A stretch of DNA of 64,000 nt from Gammaproteobacteria bacterium. GTDB lineage: Bacteria > Pseudomonadota > Gammaproteobacteria > Acidiferrobacterales > SPGG2. Below the pieces are notes generated by a model. It ran no database searches and was not told the origin of the DNA. It saw nothing but the letters and a program-made list of their open reading frames with translations. The stretch covers positions 19,510-83,509 of the forward strand of contig JAOTYM010000002.1 of NCBI GenBank assembly GCA_029861845.1, written 5' to 3'. Position numbers and translations under genes: made by a program. The number at the start of each line of letters is the position of its first letter. The first letter of the stretch is position 1. This document shows, piece by piece, positions 51,393 to 64,000 of this stretch.

Positions 51393-52307
51393 TTATTGAA
51401 TCGTATATTGGAGTTGTTGTATTTGGCCTGCGCGCATCACTTCTAGTTGCACCCCGGTCAGTTCATCAACGCCACCGAGCTGCTGATACACTTCAAGAAC
51501 CTGATCGACAGTATTGACGCTACGGCCATTCACACCACGGATAACATCCCCGACCTTGAGTCCGAGTTTCTCATATAAGCTGCCGGGTTGAATTTGACGC
51601 ACGAGAAAACCGCCGCCAGCGTTAGGCACCATTAGTGCCTGACGAAACAGGTCCTGATCGCGTAGCTGTTCATTCAAAGTTGTCCGGTCGATCGTAAAGG
51701 TGTTATTGCCTTGTGCCTGTACGCCGCCCGCAGCTGGCGTTGGTGTTGATGGCGCTCGGACCGCCGGGTTCCCCAAGAGCGATGCGGCGGCGTCTTCTAA
51801 CAGCAGCGCCTCGGTGACCCCACGCCGCTCTATGATTGCTCGATCTGCATACACCGCCTGCAGGATGACCCCCCGGGTTAACTCATCGCCGATGGCAAAA
51901 GGCGTCCCCGGTTCATCGTTGACCCGTATCAAGGCGAGGCTATCATCGCCGGCCGCTACCACCCCCGTCAGTATCATGTTGAGACTGCTCTCCGGGATCT
52001 CTTCAATGGGCGCGGCGGTAGGCGCCATCTTGGCGGCTGCTTTTCCAAAAAGATGGCCCGCCAATAGGTCTTGTATGTCCAGGGTCGCCGTCTTGGCCTG
52101 AGCGAGGGCGCTGGTCCTGGCGACAACTGGCGTCTGCGGGGGTGTAAGGATTTGCCAAGTCCATTGCGCCATGCTGTAGGTGAGCAGCGAAATGGCGGCC
52201 ACATTTAGCACAACTGGGAACCATTTGCGACCCGGGAGCTCTTTAAGGCGCTCCCACAGGGCGGCAGGCCTGATTGCAGCCGGAGCGAGCGGGTGTATCG
52301 TTGCCAT
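51393..52307 (-). CDS. gspC: Type II secretion protein C (HR + PDZ domains)
   Basis: 304 aa. N-terminal TM segment (WFPVVLNVAAISLLTY) and a C-terminal PDZ-like region (LGLKVGDVIRGVNG). It is the first gene of the operon, directly upstream of gspD, with an AT-rich 210-bp promoter region at 52308-52516. Confidence 0.8.
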   Translation of the reverse strand: MATIHPLAPAAIRPAALWERLKELPGRKWFPVVLNVAAISLLTYSMAQWTWQILTPPQTPVVARTSALAQAKTATLDIQDLLAGHLFGKAAAKMAPTAAPIEEIPESSLNMILTGVVAAGDDSLALIRVNDEPGTPFAIGDELTRGVILQAVYADRAIIERRGVTEALLLEDAAASLLGNPAVRAPSTPTPAAGGVQAQGNNTFTIDRTTLNEQLRDQDLFRQALMVPNAGGGFLVRQIQPGSLYEKLGLKVGDVIRGVNGRSVNTVDQVLEVYQQLGGVDELTGVQLEVMRAGQIQQLQYTIQ

Positions 52308-52516
52308 TCTAAGCTCAAATTATATATAGGCGTAGCGAAAACACCTAACGAATAACCAAAAAAAGTACCAGTAAGCTGCTGATTAAATTCGATTCATTTG
52401 CAAGATCGTTCCAAAGTGCCCGTTTAATGTCTGACTATCCAGAACCAAAAACGTTCTTATGGCGGGTCGCTGCTGACCCCTTTCCCGTGACCGCGATTTG
52501 ATGTGAAATTACGCCC

Positions 52517-55500
52517 GTGCGCCCAGGCTTCGTCCACCTTCACGTCCATTCCGAATTTTCGCTTGCCGATGGCATTATAAGGGTGCCCGATCTTGTGGCC
52601 GCCGCCGCCAAGCACGGGATGCCGGCGGTGGCCGTCACAGATCTTGGTAATTTATTCGGCTTAGTTAAGTTCTACCGGGCCGCGGTGGCGGCTGGCGTTA
52701 AGCCCATTGTGGGTACCGACGCCTGGTTGGAAAATCCTGTCGATGGCCACAAGCCCTACCGATTGACAATCTTATGCCAAGACAGAACCGGCTACCGTAA
52801 TTTGTGCCAACTCCTAACGCGGGCGTACACGGAGTGCCAACATGCCGGCAGACCGTGTATTCGCCGCGACTGGTTTCAACAACATGGCGCCGGGCTAATC
52901 ATCTTATCGGGCGCAGAGAACGGAGAAATTGGACAGGCATTGTTGTCGGGCAATCACACACTTGCCGGCCAACTCGCCGATGAATATGCGTCGCTATTCC
53001 CGGGGCGTTTCTATTTGGCGCTTAGGCGCATCGGCCAACGCATGCAAGAGGAGTCAGTACACGCGACGGTAAGCCTAGCGCAGCGGGTTCGATTGCCAGT
53101 GGTTGCAACAAATAGCGTCTGTTTCTTGGACACCGGTGACTTTAGCGCCCATGAGAGTCGCGTCTGTATCCAAGACGGACGCACCCTAAGCGACAGTCGT
53201 CGGCCGCGTCTTCACACCGAGCAACAGTATTTTCGCTCGATCGAAGATATGGCTGAGTTATTCAAAGATATCCCGGAGGCTTTGGAGAACACGGTAGAGA
53301 TCGCCAAGCGGTGTAACTTGCGTCTCGAGTTTGGGCGTTATTTCCTGCCCGATTATCCGGTACCCGCGGGTATGACCATCGATGAATTGCTTAGACAGCA
53401 GGCAGCCGAAGGGCTTGCGACGAAACTTTCATCATTGACCGATAGCGCACGCGAGCCGTACAAGGAGCGTTTACAACACGAGCTTAATGTCATTATCAGG
53501 ATGGGTTTCTCTGGATATTTTCTGATTGTGGCTGACTTTATAAAGTGGGCTAAGAGCAATGATGTACCGGTGGGACCGGGCAGAGGTTCAGGCGCTGGTT
53601 CTCTTGTTGCTTGGGTATTGTCGATCACTGATCTCGATCCGATCAAACATGATCTGTTGTTCGAGCGTTTCTTGAACCCGGAGCGCGTTTCCCTGCCCGA
53701 CTTCGACGTCGATTTCTGTATGGAAGGACGTGACCGTGTGATCGACTATGTCACTCAGCGTTACGGTCAAGATAGGGTGTCACAGATTATCACGCACGGC
53801 ACCATGGCGGCGAAGGCGGTAGTCCGCGATGTCGGTAGGGTGATGGACCACCCGTATGGTTACGTCGACAAGCTAGCAAAGCTGATTCCGTTCGAACTCG
53901 GGATGACTCTCGACAAAGCCTTGGCGCAAGAGCCCCTGTTGCGCGAGCGCTATGAGCAAGAGGAAGACGTGCGCGAGCTCATCGATACTGCCCGCGCACT
54001 GGAAGGTCTACCACGTAACGCGAGCAAGCACGCTGGGGGTGTCGTTATTGCGCCATCCGCGCTCACCGATTACATGCCACTGTATTGTGAGCAGGGCGGT
54101 AAACAACTTGTAACGCAACTCGGTAAAGACGATTTAGAAGCGTTGGGGCTTGTCAAGTTCGATTTTCTAGGTTTGCGAAACCTTACGAGTATTGATAAGG
54201 CCGTCAAGGCCATCAACGCCCAGCGCCGATTGAATAACAAACCTCCGCTGCAAATCGAAAAATTACCCCTAGAGGACGAAAAGACATTCGCGTTGTTGAA
54301 GTCATGTAAGACAACGGCATTGTTTCAGTTGGAATCGCGTGGCATGAAGGACCTTATTCAGCGACTACAGCCAGACCGTTTTGAGGAGATCGTCGCGTTG
54401 GTGGCGTTGTTTCGGCCAGGCCCACTGCAGTCTGGGATGGTCGACGATTTTATTGCGCGCAAACACGGTCGTGCGCGTATCGAGTATCCACACCCAAGTC
54501 TCGAGGCCATCCTGAAGCCAACCTATGGCGTGATTCTGTACCAGGAACAGGTCATGCAGATCGCTCAGGTACTCTCTGGTTACTCTCCGGGGAAGGCCGA
54601 TGTCTTGCGCCACGCTATGGGTAAGAAGAAGCCGGAGGAGATGGCACTGCAGCGCGAAGGGTTTGTCAGCGGCGTTGTGGCGCGTGGCGTTAACCAGCGA
54701 CTGGCGTCGCAGATATTCGATTTAATTGAGAAGTTTGCTGGCTATGGTTTTAATCGTTCTCACTCAGCTGCCTACGCATTGATCGCGTATCAAACTGCTT
54801 GGCTAAAGGCTCACTATCCCGCTGCCTTCATGGCCGCTGTGCTTTCCACTGATATGGACAACACGGACAAAGTGGTGACCATGATGGCGGAGTGTCGAGA
54901 TTTATCATTAGAAGTCGTTTCGCCCGATATCAATCGCTGCGAGTATGAGTTCGTGGCCGTTGATGATAAAAACATTCTTTATGGGCTTGGAGCAATCAAG
55001 GGTTTGGGGCGATCTGCGATTGACGCGCTGTTGGAGGCCCGTAAGCAGGGCGGGACGTTTACGCATCTGTTTGATCTGTGCAAACGTGCCGATTTGCATC
55101 GTATAAATAGACGGGTGCTGGAATCGTTAATTCGTGCTGGCGCCATGGATAGTCTGGGCACGCATCGAGCGGCGCTAATGGTGAATCTGGGGAGCGCTCT
55201 GCAGTTGGCTGGCCAGCACAACAAGAATCAAGAAACGGGACAGGACGACATGTTCTCAATGGCAGTCGACAGCGCTAGCCAACCGCTTGTCGACACACCT
55301 GAGTGGAGTGACGAGAAGCGCTTAGAAGGTGAGAAAGAAACACTAGGGTTATATCTAACGGGCCATCCAATCGAACGCTTCGCGCACGAGTTGGCCGACA
55401 TGACCCACACCACAATTGCTGATCTCAAACCAAGCCAAGATCGCAAAGTTATTGTTGCCGGCCTTGTCGTTGCCACGCGAATGATGCGCACCCGACGAGG

Positions 55501-55951
55501 CGACCGAATGATGTTTCTTACGCTGGATGATCGTAGCGGAAGACTGGAACTTGCGGTGTTCCCTGAAGACTACGCACGCTATCGAGAGCTGCTGGTGAAA
55601 GACAACCTGTTGGTTGTAAGCGGAGCGGTTAGCGTCGATGAATACACGGGTGGTTTTAAGATGAGCGCGGAGGACATTTACAATATCTCACAGGCGCGCA
55701 CTGCGTTGGCGACAAAGCTGTTTGTAGATATAGATGCGGAGCTGGCACAGAATGGCTTTGTCGAGGAGCTGACCAAAATCCTCGAACCTGCAGGCCGAGG
55801 ACGCTGTCTGGTCTATTTGAACTACCAAAATGAGGCGGCTCAGGCCGAGATTGCCCTGGGTGAGGAGTGGAAGATCGATCCTTCAGATCACGTTCTGGAC
55901 AGCCTCTCGCAGATGGCGGGTGCTGACAGTGTTCACGTGATCTATCCTTAG
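52517..55951 (+). CDS. dnaE: DNA polymerase III alpha subunit
   Basis: 1144 aa. PHP domain FVHLHVHSEFS, polymerase core (PDFDVDF), and a C-terminal OB fold. GTG start. Confidence 0.95.
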   Translation: MRPGFVHLHVHSEFSLADGIIRVPDLVAAAAKHGMPAVAVTDLGNLFGLVKFYRAAVAAGVKPIVGTDAWLENPVDGHKPYRLTILCQDRTGYRNLCQLLTRAYTECQHAGRPCIRRDWFQQHGAGLIILSGAENGEIGQALLSGNHTLAGQLADEYASLFPGRFYLALRRIGQRMQEESVHATVSLAQRVRLPVVATNSVCFLDTGDFSAHESRVCIQDGRTLSDSRRPRLHTEQQYFRSIEDMAELFKDIPEALENTVEIAKRCNLRLEFGRYFLPDYPVPAGMTIDELLRQQAAEGLATKLSSLTDSAREPYKERLQHELNVIIRMGFSGYFLIVADFIKWAKSNDVPVGPGRGSGAGSLVAWVLSITDLDPIKHDLLFERFLNPERVSLPDFDVDFCMEGRDRVIDYVTQRYGQDRVSQIITHGTMAAKAVVRDVGRVMDHPYGYVDKLAKLIPFELGMTLDKALAQEPLLRERYEQEEDVRELIDTARALEGLPRNASKHAGGVVIAPSALTDYMPLYCEQGGKQLVTQLGKDDLEALGLVKFDFLGLRNLTSIDKAVKAINAQRRLNNKPPLQIEKLPLEDEKTFALLKSCKTTALFQLESRGMKDLIQRLQPDRFEEIVALVALFRPGPLQSGMVDDFIARKHGRARIEYPHPSLEAILKPTYGVILYQEQVMQIAQVLSGYSPGKADVLRHAMGKKKPEEMALQREGFVSGVVARGVNQRLASQIFDLIEKFAGYGFNRSHSAAYALIAYQTAWLKAHYPAAFMAAVLSTDMDNTDKVVTMMAECRDLSLEVVSPDINRCEYEFVAVDDKNILYGLGAIKGLGRSAIDALLEARKQGGTFTHLFDLCKRADLHRINRRVLESLIRAGAMDSLGTHRAALMVNLGSALQLAGQHNKNQETGQDDMFSMAVDSASQPLVDTPEWSDEKRLEGEKETLGLYLTGHPIERFAHELADMTHTTIADLKPSQDRKVIVAGLVVATRMMRTRRGDRMMFLTLDDRSGRLELAVFPEDYARYRELLVKDNLLVVSGAVSVDEYTGGFKMSAEDIYNISQARTALATKLFVDIDAELAQNGFVEELTKILEPAGRGRCLVYLNYQNEAAQAEIALGEEWKIDPSDHVLDSLSQMAGADSVHVIYP

Positions 55952-55986
55952 AGTATGCTTGACGGCACAATAGGGATCGGTGGCCG

Positions 55987-56946
55987 ATGATAAATAACTA
56001 TCTCGATTTCGAGCAGTCTATTGCCGAGTTAGAAGCGAAGATCGAAGCACTGCGATTCGCAAGCAAGGACAGCGATATCAACATTAACGAGGAGATCAAG
56101 CGGTTAAAGGCAAAAAGTAAAAAACTGACCGAGTCTGTCTTTTCATCGCTGACATCCTGGCAAATCTCGCAACTGGCTCGTCATCCGCAACGCCCCTACT
56201 CGTTGGATTACATTGATCGGATCTTTACCGATTATCAGGAGTTACATGGCGACCGCCTGTTTGGTGATGATTCAGCCATGGTTGGCGGACTCGCGCGATT
56301 GGACGGCCGGCCAGTTGTGGTTATTGGCCACCAGAAAGGTCGTGACACCCGCGAAAAGGTAGAACGCAACTTTGGAATGCCACGACCTGAAGGGTACCGT
56401 AAGGCGCTGCGACTTATGAAAATCGCCGAACGTTTTCGCTTACCGGTCATAACGCTGATCGATACGCCCGGCGCGTATCCAGGCGTTGGTGCTGAAGAAC
56501 GAGGCCAGAGTGAAGCGATTGCTCGAAACCTTTACACCATGAGTAAGTTAAAGACACCGATTGTTAGTGTGGTGATCGGCGAAGGTGGATCTGGCGGCGC
56601 GCTCGCCATCGGTGTCTGCGATCGCTTACTGATTTTGCAGTACGCCACCTATTCTGTTATTTCGCCAGAGGGGTGTGCCTCGATTCTTTGGAAGAGCGCC
56701 GATAAAGCCACGGTTGCGGCTGAAGCCATGGGAATCACGTCGCGAAGCCTGGAAAAGTTCGGTCTAATCGATGAAGTAGTCCCGGAGCCTTTAGGGGGCG
56801 CGCATCGCGATTTCGATTTGATGGCGCGGACGCTTGCGACCGCACTGTCTTCTGCACTTGATGAATTGTGTGACCTCGCGATACAGGAGCTAGTAGATAG
56901 ACGCACCACGCGTTTGATGCAATACGGCCAGTTTGAAGAAAACTGA
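55987..56946 (+). CDS. accA: Acetyl-CoA carboxylase carboxyltransferase alpha subunit
   Basis: 319 aa. [16 protein letters not shown]-terminus and [10 protein letters not shown]-type motif ([18 protein letters not shown]). Confidence 0.95.
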   Translation: MINNYLDFEQSIAELEAKIEALRFASKDSDININEEIKRLKAKSKKLTESVFSSLTSWQISQLARHPQRPYSLDYIDRIFTDYQELHGDRLFGDDSAMVGGLARLDGRPVVVIGHQKGRDTREKVERNFGMPRPEGYRKALRLMKIAERFRLPVITLIDTPGAYPGVGAEERGQSEAIARNLYTMSKLKTPIVSVVIGEGGSGGALAIGVCDRLLILQYATYSVISPEGCASILWKSADKATVAAEAMGITSRSLEKFGLIDEVVPEPLGGAHRDFDLMARTLATALSSALDELCDLAIQELVDRRTTRLMQYGQFEEN

Positions 56947-58324
56947 ATCTGGATTCTCCGTTGATGCGCTCAGGCGAATCCTCAGTGAGCGTTTAGGCGA
57001 CGTTGTTGCATTAAAGGTCGCCTATAGTGGCGGTATTGATTCCCATACCTTGTTACATGCCCTATGCCAGTCGCGAACTACAACCAGCTGGAAGATTAGC
57101 GCGCTGCATGTAAATCACGGGCTACAGGCCGAATCAGACAAGTGGGCTGAGCATTGTCTGCGGGTGTGCCGCGATTTAGAAGTATCGTGCATGGTCGGCC
57201 GAATTCAAGTTGGAGACGGTGATGGCGAGGGGCTAGAGGCTGCCGCCCGACGTTTACGATACGCATGGCTTGCGAAGCATATTGATCATGGTGATGTGCT
57301 AATGACGGCGCATCATCTAGACGATCAGGCGGAGACGATACTACTTCAACTGCTGCGAGGCGGTGGGGTACGCGGGTTAGCCGCGATGCCGATAATTTGC
57401 CGATTTTCTGCGGGCAAGTTGATGCGGCCCTTACTAGAATTCGAACGTAGCGAATTGGAAGCATACGCCAAGCGCAACAGTTTGCGTTGGGTTGAGGATG
57501 CTAGCAATCGTGATGTGCGTCGTTCGCGCAACTTCATTCGTCATCGGGTGGTGCCCATGCTTGAACAGCATTGGCCACGGGCCAAACATGCCCTTGTACG
57601 TGGCGGGCGCCATGCGGGTGAGGCAGCGACACTGCTGGACGCGATCGCACTTGAAGACATGGAATCTTCGATTGCAGCCCAGGGCGGTTGCGAGCTCGAT
57701 TCTGTGCTGGTGGTGCCGGCGTTGTTAGACTTATCACCGGAGCGCCGACACAACGTGCTGCGTTATTGGATTCGGCAGCTCAATCTACCACCGCCTTCAA
57801 GCCTGCACATGAACCAAATCGACGATGTTATCGTTAAATCGACGCGATCGCGGCATGCGGCGGTGGCCTGGCCGGGGGCCGAAGTGCGGCGTTATCGGGA
57901 TCAATTGTTCGCGATGAGGCGCCTGACAGATCCGGATCCTGGCCTGAAAGTGACGTGGAACCTGTGTCAACCGATCGCGGTCCCGGGCACTGGATATGTA
58001 CTAAAGTGCGTGGAGTCGATTGGCAACGGTCTTTCTCGTGAAAGAATCGGGACGGGTGCGATTACGGTACGGTTGCGACGGGGTGGTGAGACTTGTTGTT
58101 TGCCCGGGCGCGCGCACCACCACAAGCTCAAGAAGCTACTGCAGGCGGCAGGGGTTCCCCCTTGGCAGCGTCAGCGTTTGCCGCTGGTCTTTGTGGATGA
58201 AGATTTGGCGGCCGTCGCCGATCGCTGGGTATGCGCGCCCTACGCGGCCCGACCCGATGAGCCCGGCCTACGGGTGGCGTTGGCCAAGGCCAAAATAGGC
58301 CCTGGGGTTGATCCAGTTGTGTAA
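56933..58324 (+). CDS. tilS: tRNA(Ile)-lysidine synthase
   Basis: 463 aa. PP-loop [13 protein letters not shown] and HLDDQAET motif. The TTG start overlaps accA by 14 nt and is uncertain. Confidence 0.9.
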   Translation: MKKTESGFSVDALRRILSERLGDVVALKVAYSGGIDSHTLLHALCQSRTTTSWKISALHVNHGLQAESDKWAEHCLRVCRDLEVSCMVGRIQVGDGDGEGLEAAARRLRYAWLAKHIDHGDVLMTAHHLDDQAETILLQLLRGGGVRGLAAMPIICRFSAGKLMRPLLEFERSELEAYAKRNSLRWVEDASNRDVRRSRNFIRHRVVPMLEQHWPRAKHALVRGGRHAGEAATLLDAIALEDMESSIAAQGGCELDSVLVVPALLDLSPERRHNVLRYWIRQLNLPPPSSLHMNQIDDVIVKSTRSRHAAVAWPGAEVRRYRDQLFAMRRLTDPDPGLKVTWNLCQPIAVPGTGYVLKCVESIGNGLSRERIGTGAITVRLRRGGETCCLPGRAHHHKLKKLLQAAGVPPWQRQRLPLVFVDEDLAAVADRWVCAPYAARPDEPGLRVALAKAKIGPGVDPVV

Positions 58325-58435
58325 ATGCCACGCATCTGGTACTTTATTTCCCCGTTCGAGGTTTGCTGTCGAAATCCTACTCAACAAGCGCTATCCGCTG
58401 CCGATTTGGGCGATGTGTCGCAGTCTTGGGCGTGA

Positions 58436-62271
<3,836 letters not shown>

Positions 62272-62318
62272 CAATGATGGTATTCGACGGGCGTAGGATC
62301 TTCTTCTAAGATAAGGGT

Positions 62319-62600
62319 ATGCGATTCGTTCACATCACCTTGCTGGGCCTGTTGGTGGCGCTCCAATACCCGCTATGGTTCGGCAGTGGCAGTTTGTCTA
62401 CGGTTTGGCGCCTACACAAACAAGTCGACGCCCAAGGGATAGAGAACGCACGGCTGGCTGAACGTAACAGGGCGCTAATCGCCGAAGTGGTCGATCTCAA
62501 ACACGGCTTGGATGGAATTGAAGAGCGGGCCCGCGCAGAGCTCGGCATGGTAAAGGAAAACGAGACGTTCTTCCATGTTGTCGAGGACCCGACTCACTAA
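62319..62600 (+). CDS. ftsB: Cell division protein FtsB
   Basis: 93 aa. N-terminal TM segment and a leucine-zipper coiled coil (..DGIEERARAELGMVKENETFF). Conserved eno-ftsB position. Confidence 0.85.
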   Translation: MRFVHITLLGLLVALQYPLWFGSGSLSTVWRLHKQVDAQGIENARLAERNRALIAEVVDLKHGLDGIEERARAELGMVKENETFFHVVEDPTH

Positions 62601-63649
62601 GTTACTGGGTCGTCAAGCGAGTAGGGTAAGTCCTGTATAGTAAGTTTGGCCTCCTGATCGCCACTCAGGTAAAGCGAGCCTTCCTGTACACTACTCTTGT
62701 CAATTACCGCGAGCATGTCGTAACCGCTTTCTGGCGAGCACCGCGCATCGACAATCGTACCGACTGTCTGACCGGGTCGATCAGGGGTGTGGATTGTGTC
62801 ACCCGGTCGTGGGACTTGTTCGGTCGCGAACACGCGTGCGTGGTACATCCGCTGCTTTAGTTTACCGAGATGTTGCACGCGAGCGACGATTTCTTGTCCG
62901 CTGTAACAGCCTTTAGTAAAGCTCATCCCACCGAGGATCTCCAAATTCGTCATCTGCGGAATAAACGCCTCTGAAGTCTCTCGATAAACGTTTGGTAACC
63001 CCGCCATGATGTCAAGCCAAGCCCAAGAAGGTGTCCCTACTGGACGGCAATCTTGCCCAAGCCGGTCCCACAGGCGCGTGGCGGTTGCCAATGTAGTGAC
63101 AATCTCGAAACGCGGCTGGATGCCGGGTAGTCGCAGAACGATCACATCACCCTCGGTAATACAGGCCGTATCGTCTTCGGGAACAATACCTAGCTGGCGA
63201 TTGATAATTGCCGCCGCCGTCGGGCCAGCAACGCCAATTCGCTGAAGCTCTTCGACTGCGCTGACTAGCTTGACGTTGGCGCGTAGCACGTACATTCGTA
63301 GCCGGGCTAAGATCGTGTCGAGTAAGGGCGCCGGCAATTGCAGCAGATAGTCTCCATCCTGCATAAGGATGCGGAAGATAGAGAGCATTCTCCCTTTGGG
63401 ATTACAATAAGCGCTCAGCTGGCTGTGTGACGGGTCGACCAATCGAATGTCGTTGGTGAGTTGCCCCTGCAGAAAAGTAGTTGCATCGTCCCCGCGGACT
63501 CGTATTAAAGAGTGGCTAGAGAGATCTGTCACAATATCAGCGGTTGCGGCAGCCTGTACCTCCTGCTGGGGATCGCCAAAACTCTCGATTCTGTCCCCTT
63601 GCACAACGGCGCCAGCGTTTAATAGGTGCGCTCTCCACTGTACGTTCAC
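62597..63649 (-). CDS. ygfZ: Folate-binding Fe-S cluster/tRNA-modification protein YgfZ
   Basis: 350 aa. GcvT-like fold with the family signature KGCYSGQEIVAR. Confidence 0.85.
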   Translation of the reverse strand: MNVQWRAHLLNAGAVVQGDRIESFGDPQQEVQAAATADIVTDLSSHSLIRVRGDDATTFLQGQLTNDIRLVDPSHSQLSAYCNPKGRMLSIFRILMQDGDYLLQLPAPLLDTILARLRMYVLRANVKLVSAVEELQRIGVAGPTAAAIINRQLGIVPEDDTACITEGDVIVLRLPGIQPRFEIVTTLATATRLWDRLGQDCRPVGTPSWAWLDIMAGLPNVYRETSEAFIPQMTNLEILGGMSFTKGCYSGQEIVARVQHLGKLKQRMYHARVFATEQVPRPGDTIHTPDRPGQTVGTIVDARCSPESGYDMLAVIDKSSVQEGSLYLSGDQEAKLTIQDLPYSLDDPVT

Positions 63650-63775
63650 GCGCCTGCTTTCTCGGTCGTTAGAATACCGAGAATGATAGCGAATTTGGTG
63701 TACGGTGAGAACTGGCTGCGCACTGCAGAGGGTTCGTGTATACTGATTTCGAGATCACGTGAAAATAATAACGGC

Positions 63776-64000
63776 ATGGAAACCGTCAAGCAGCGTCCGG
63801 TCTACCTCAATCTATTCAAAATACGACTTCCCGTCGGCGGGGTAGCGTCGATTGCTCACCGGGTCACCGGGGTCCTGCTTGTCTTGTTGCTGCCCGCCGC
63901 CATTTATCTTTTGGCGCTGTCCCTGGAGAGTCTGGCTGGTTTCCATAAGGCCATTGGTTTCCTGACGTCTATACCAGGCCGCATCATTGTTTTGTTGTCT
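63776..64000 (+). CDS. sdhC: Succinate dehydrogenase cytochrome b556 subunit (3' end outside the window)
   Basis: Not in the ORF track because no stop is reached. ATG 63776 gives METVKQRPVYLNLFKIRLPVGGVASIAHRVTGVLLVLL.., matching the SdhC N-terminus (QRPV.L.L..IR.P..AI.SI.HR.tG). Confidence 0.75.
   Translation, partial: METVKQRPVYLNLFKIRLPVGGVASIAHRVTGVLLVLLLPAAIYLLALSLESLAGFHKAIGFLTSIPGRIIVLLS

Overview
This 64-kb window looks like gammaproteobacterial chromosome. About 85% of it is conserved housekeeping sequence, and the gene order closely follows the Pseudomonas/E. coli core. In order: xseA | guaB-guaA-tadA | mltF; two tRNA-Ser genes; SRP RNA-dnaX-ybaB-recR; phhB | orn | queG | nnr-tsaE-amiB | glnD-map | rpsB-tsf-pyrH-frr-uppS-cdsA-dxr-rseP-bamA-skp-lpxD-fabZ-lpxA-lpxB-rnhB; dnaE-accA-tilS; pyrG-kdsA-eno-ftsB | ygfZ | sdhC. 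There are two non-core blocks. (1) A complete 12-gene type II secretion operon, gspCDEFGHIJKLMN, lies on the minus strand (40.9-52.3 kb) between rnhB and dnaE, which are normally adjacent. (2) A small accessory patch (10.8-16.8 kb) holds an ECF sigma factor with a putative membrane anti-sigma, a DUF937-like protein, a 4-TM protein, a RES/Xre (DUF2384) toxin-antitoxin pair with tandem palindromic operator-like boxes, and a YfbK-like vWA lipoprotein. The most notable single observations are these: bamA, an essential gene, is split by a 1-nt frameshift inside POTRA1; ribosomal protein S2 carries a ~200-aa disordered acidic-then-basic C-terminal extension; about 290 bp between tRNA-Ser(GGA) and the SRP RNA is unassigned and holds tRNA T-arm-like fragments; and the window opens inside a truncated WD40-repeat gene. 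I saw no CRISPR array, integrase, transposase, reverse transcriptase or recognisable defence island, and I cannot support a claim of a new multi-gene system here. The accessory patch and the unassigned RNA-gene spacer are the best places to look. All family assignments come from recognising motifs and synteny by eye. No database search or computation was run.
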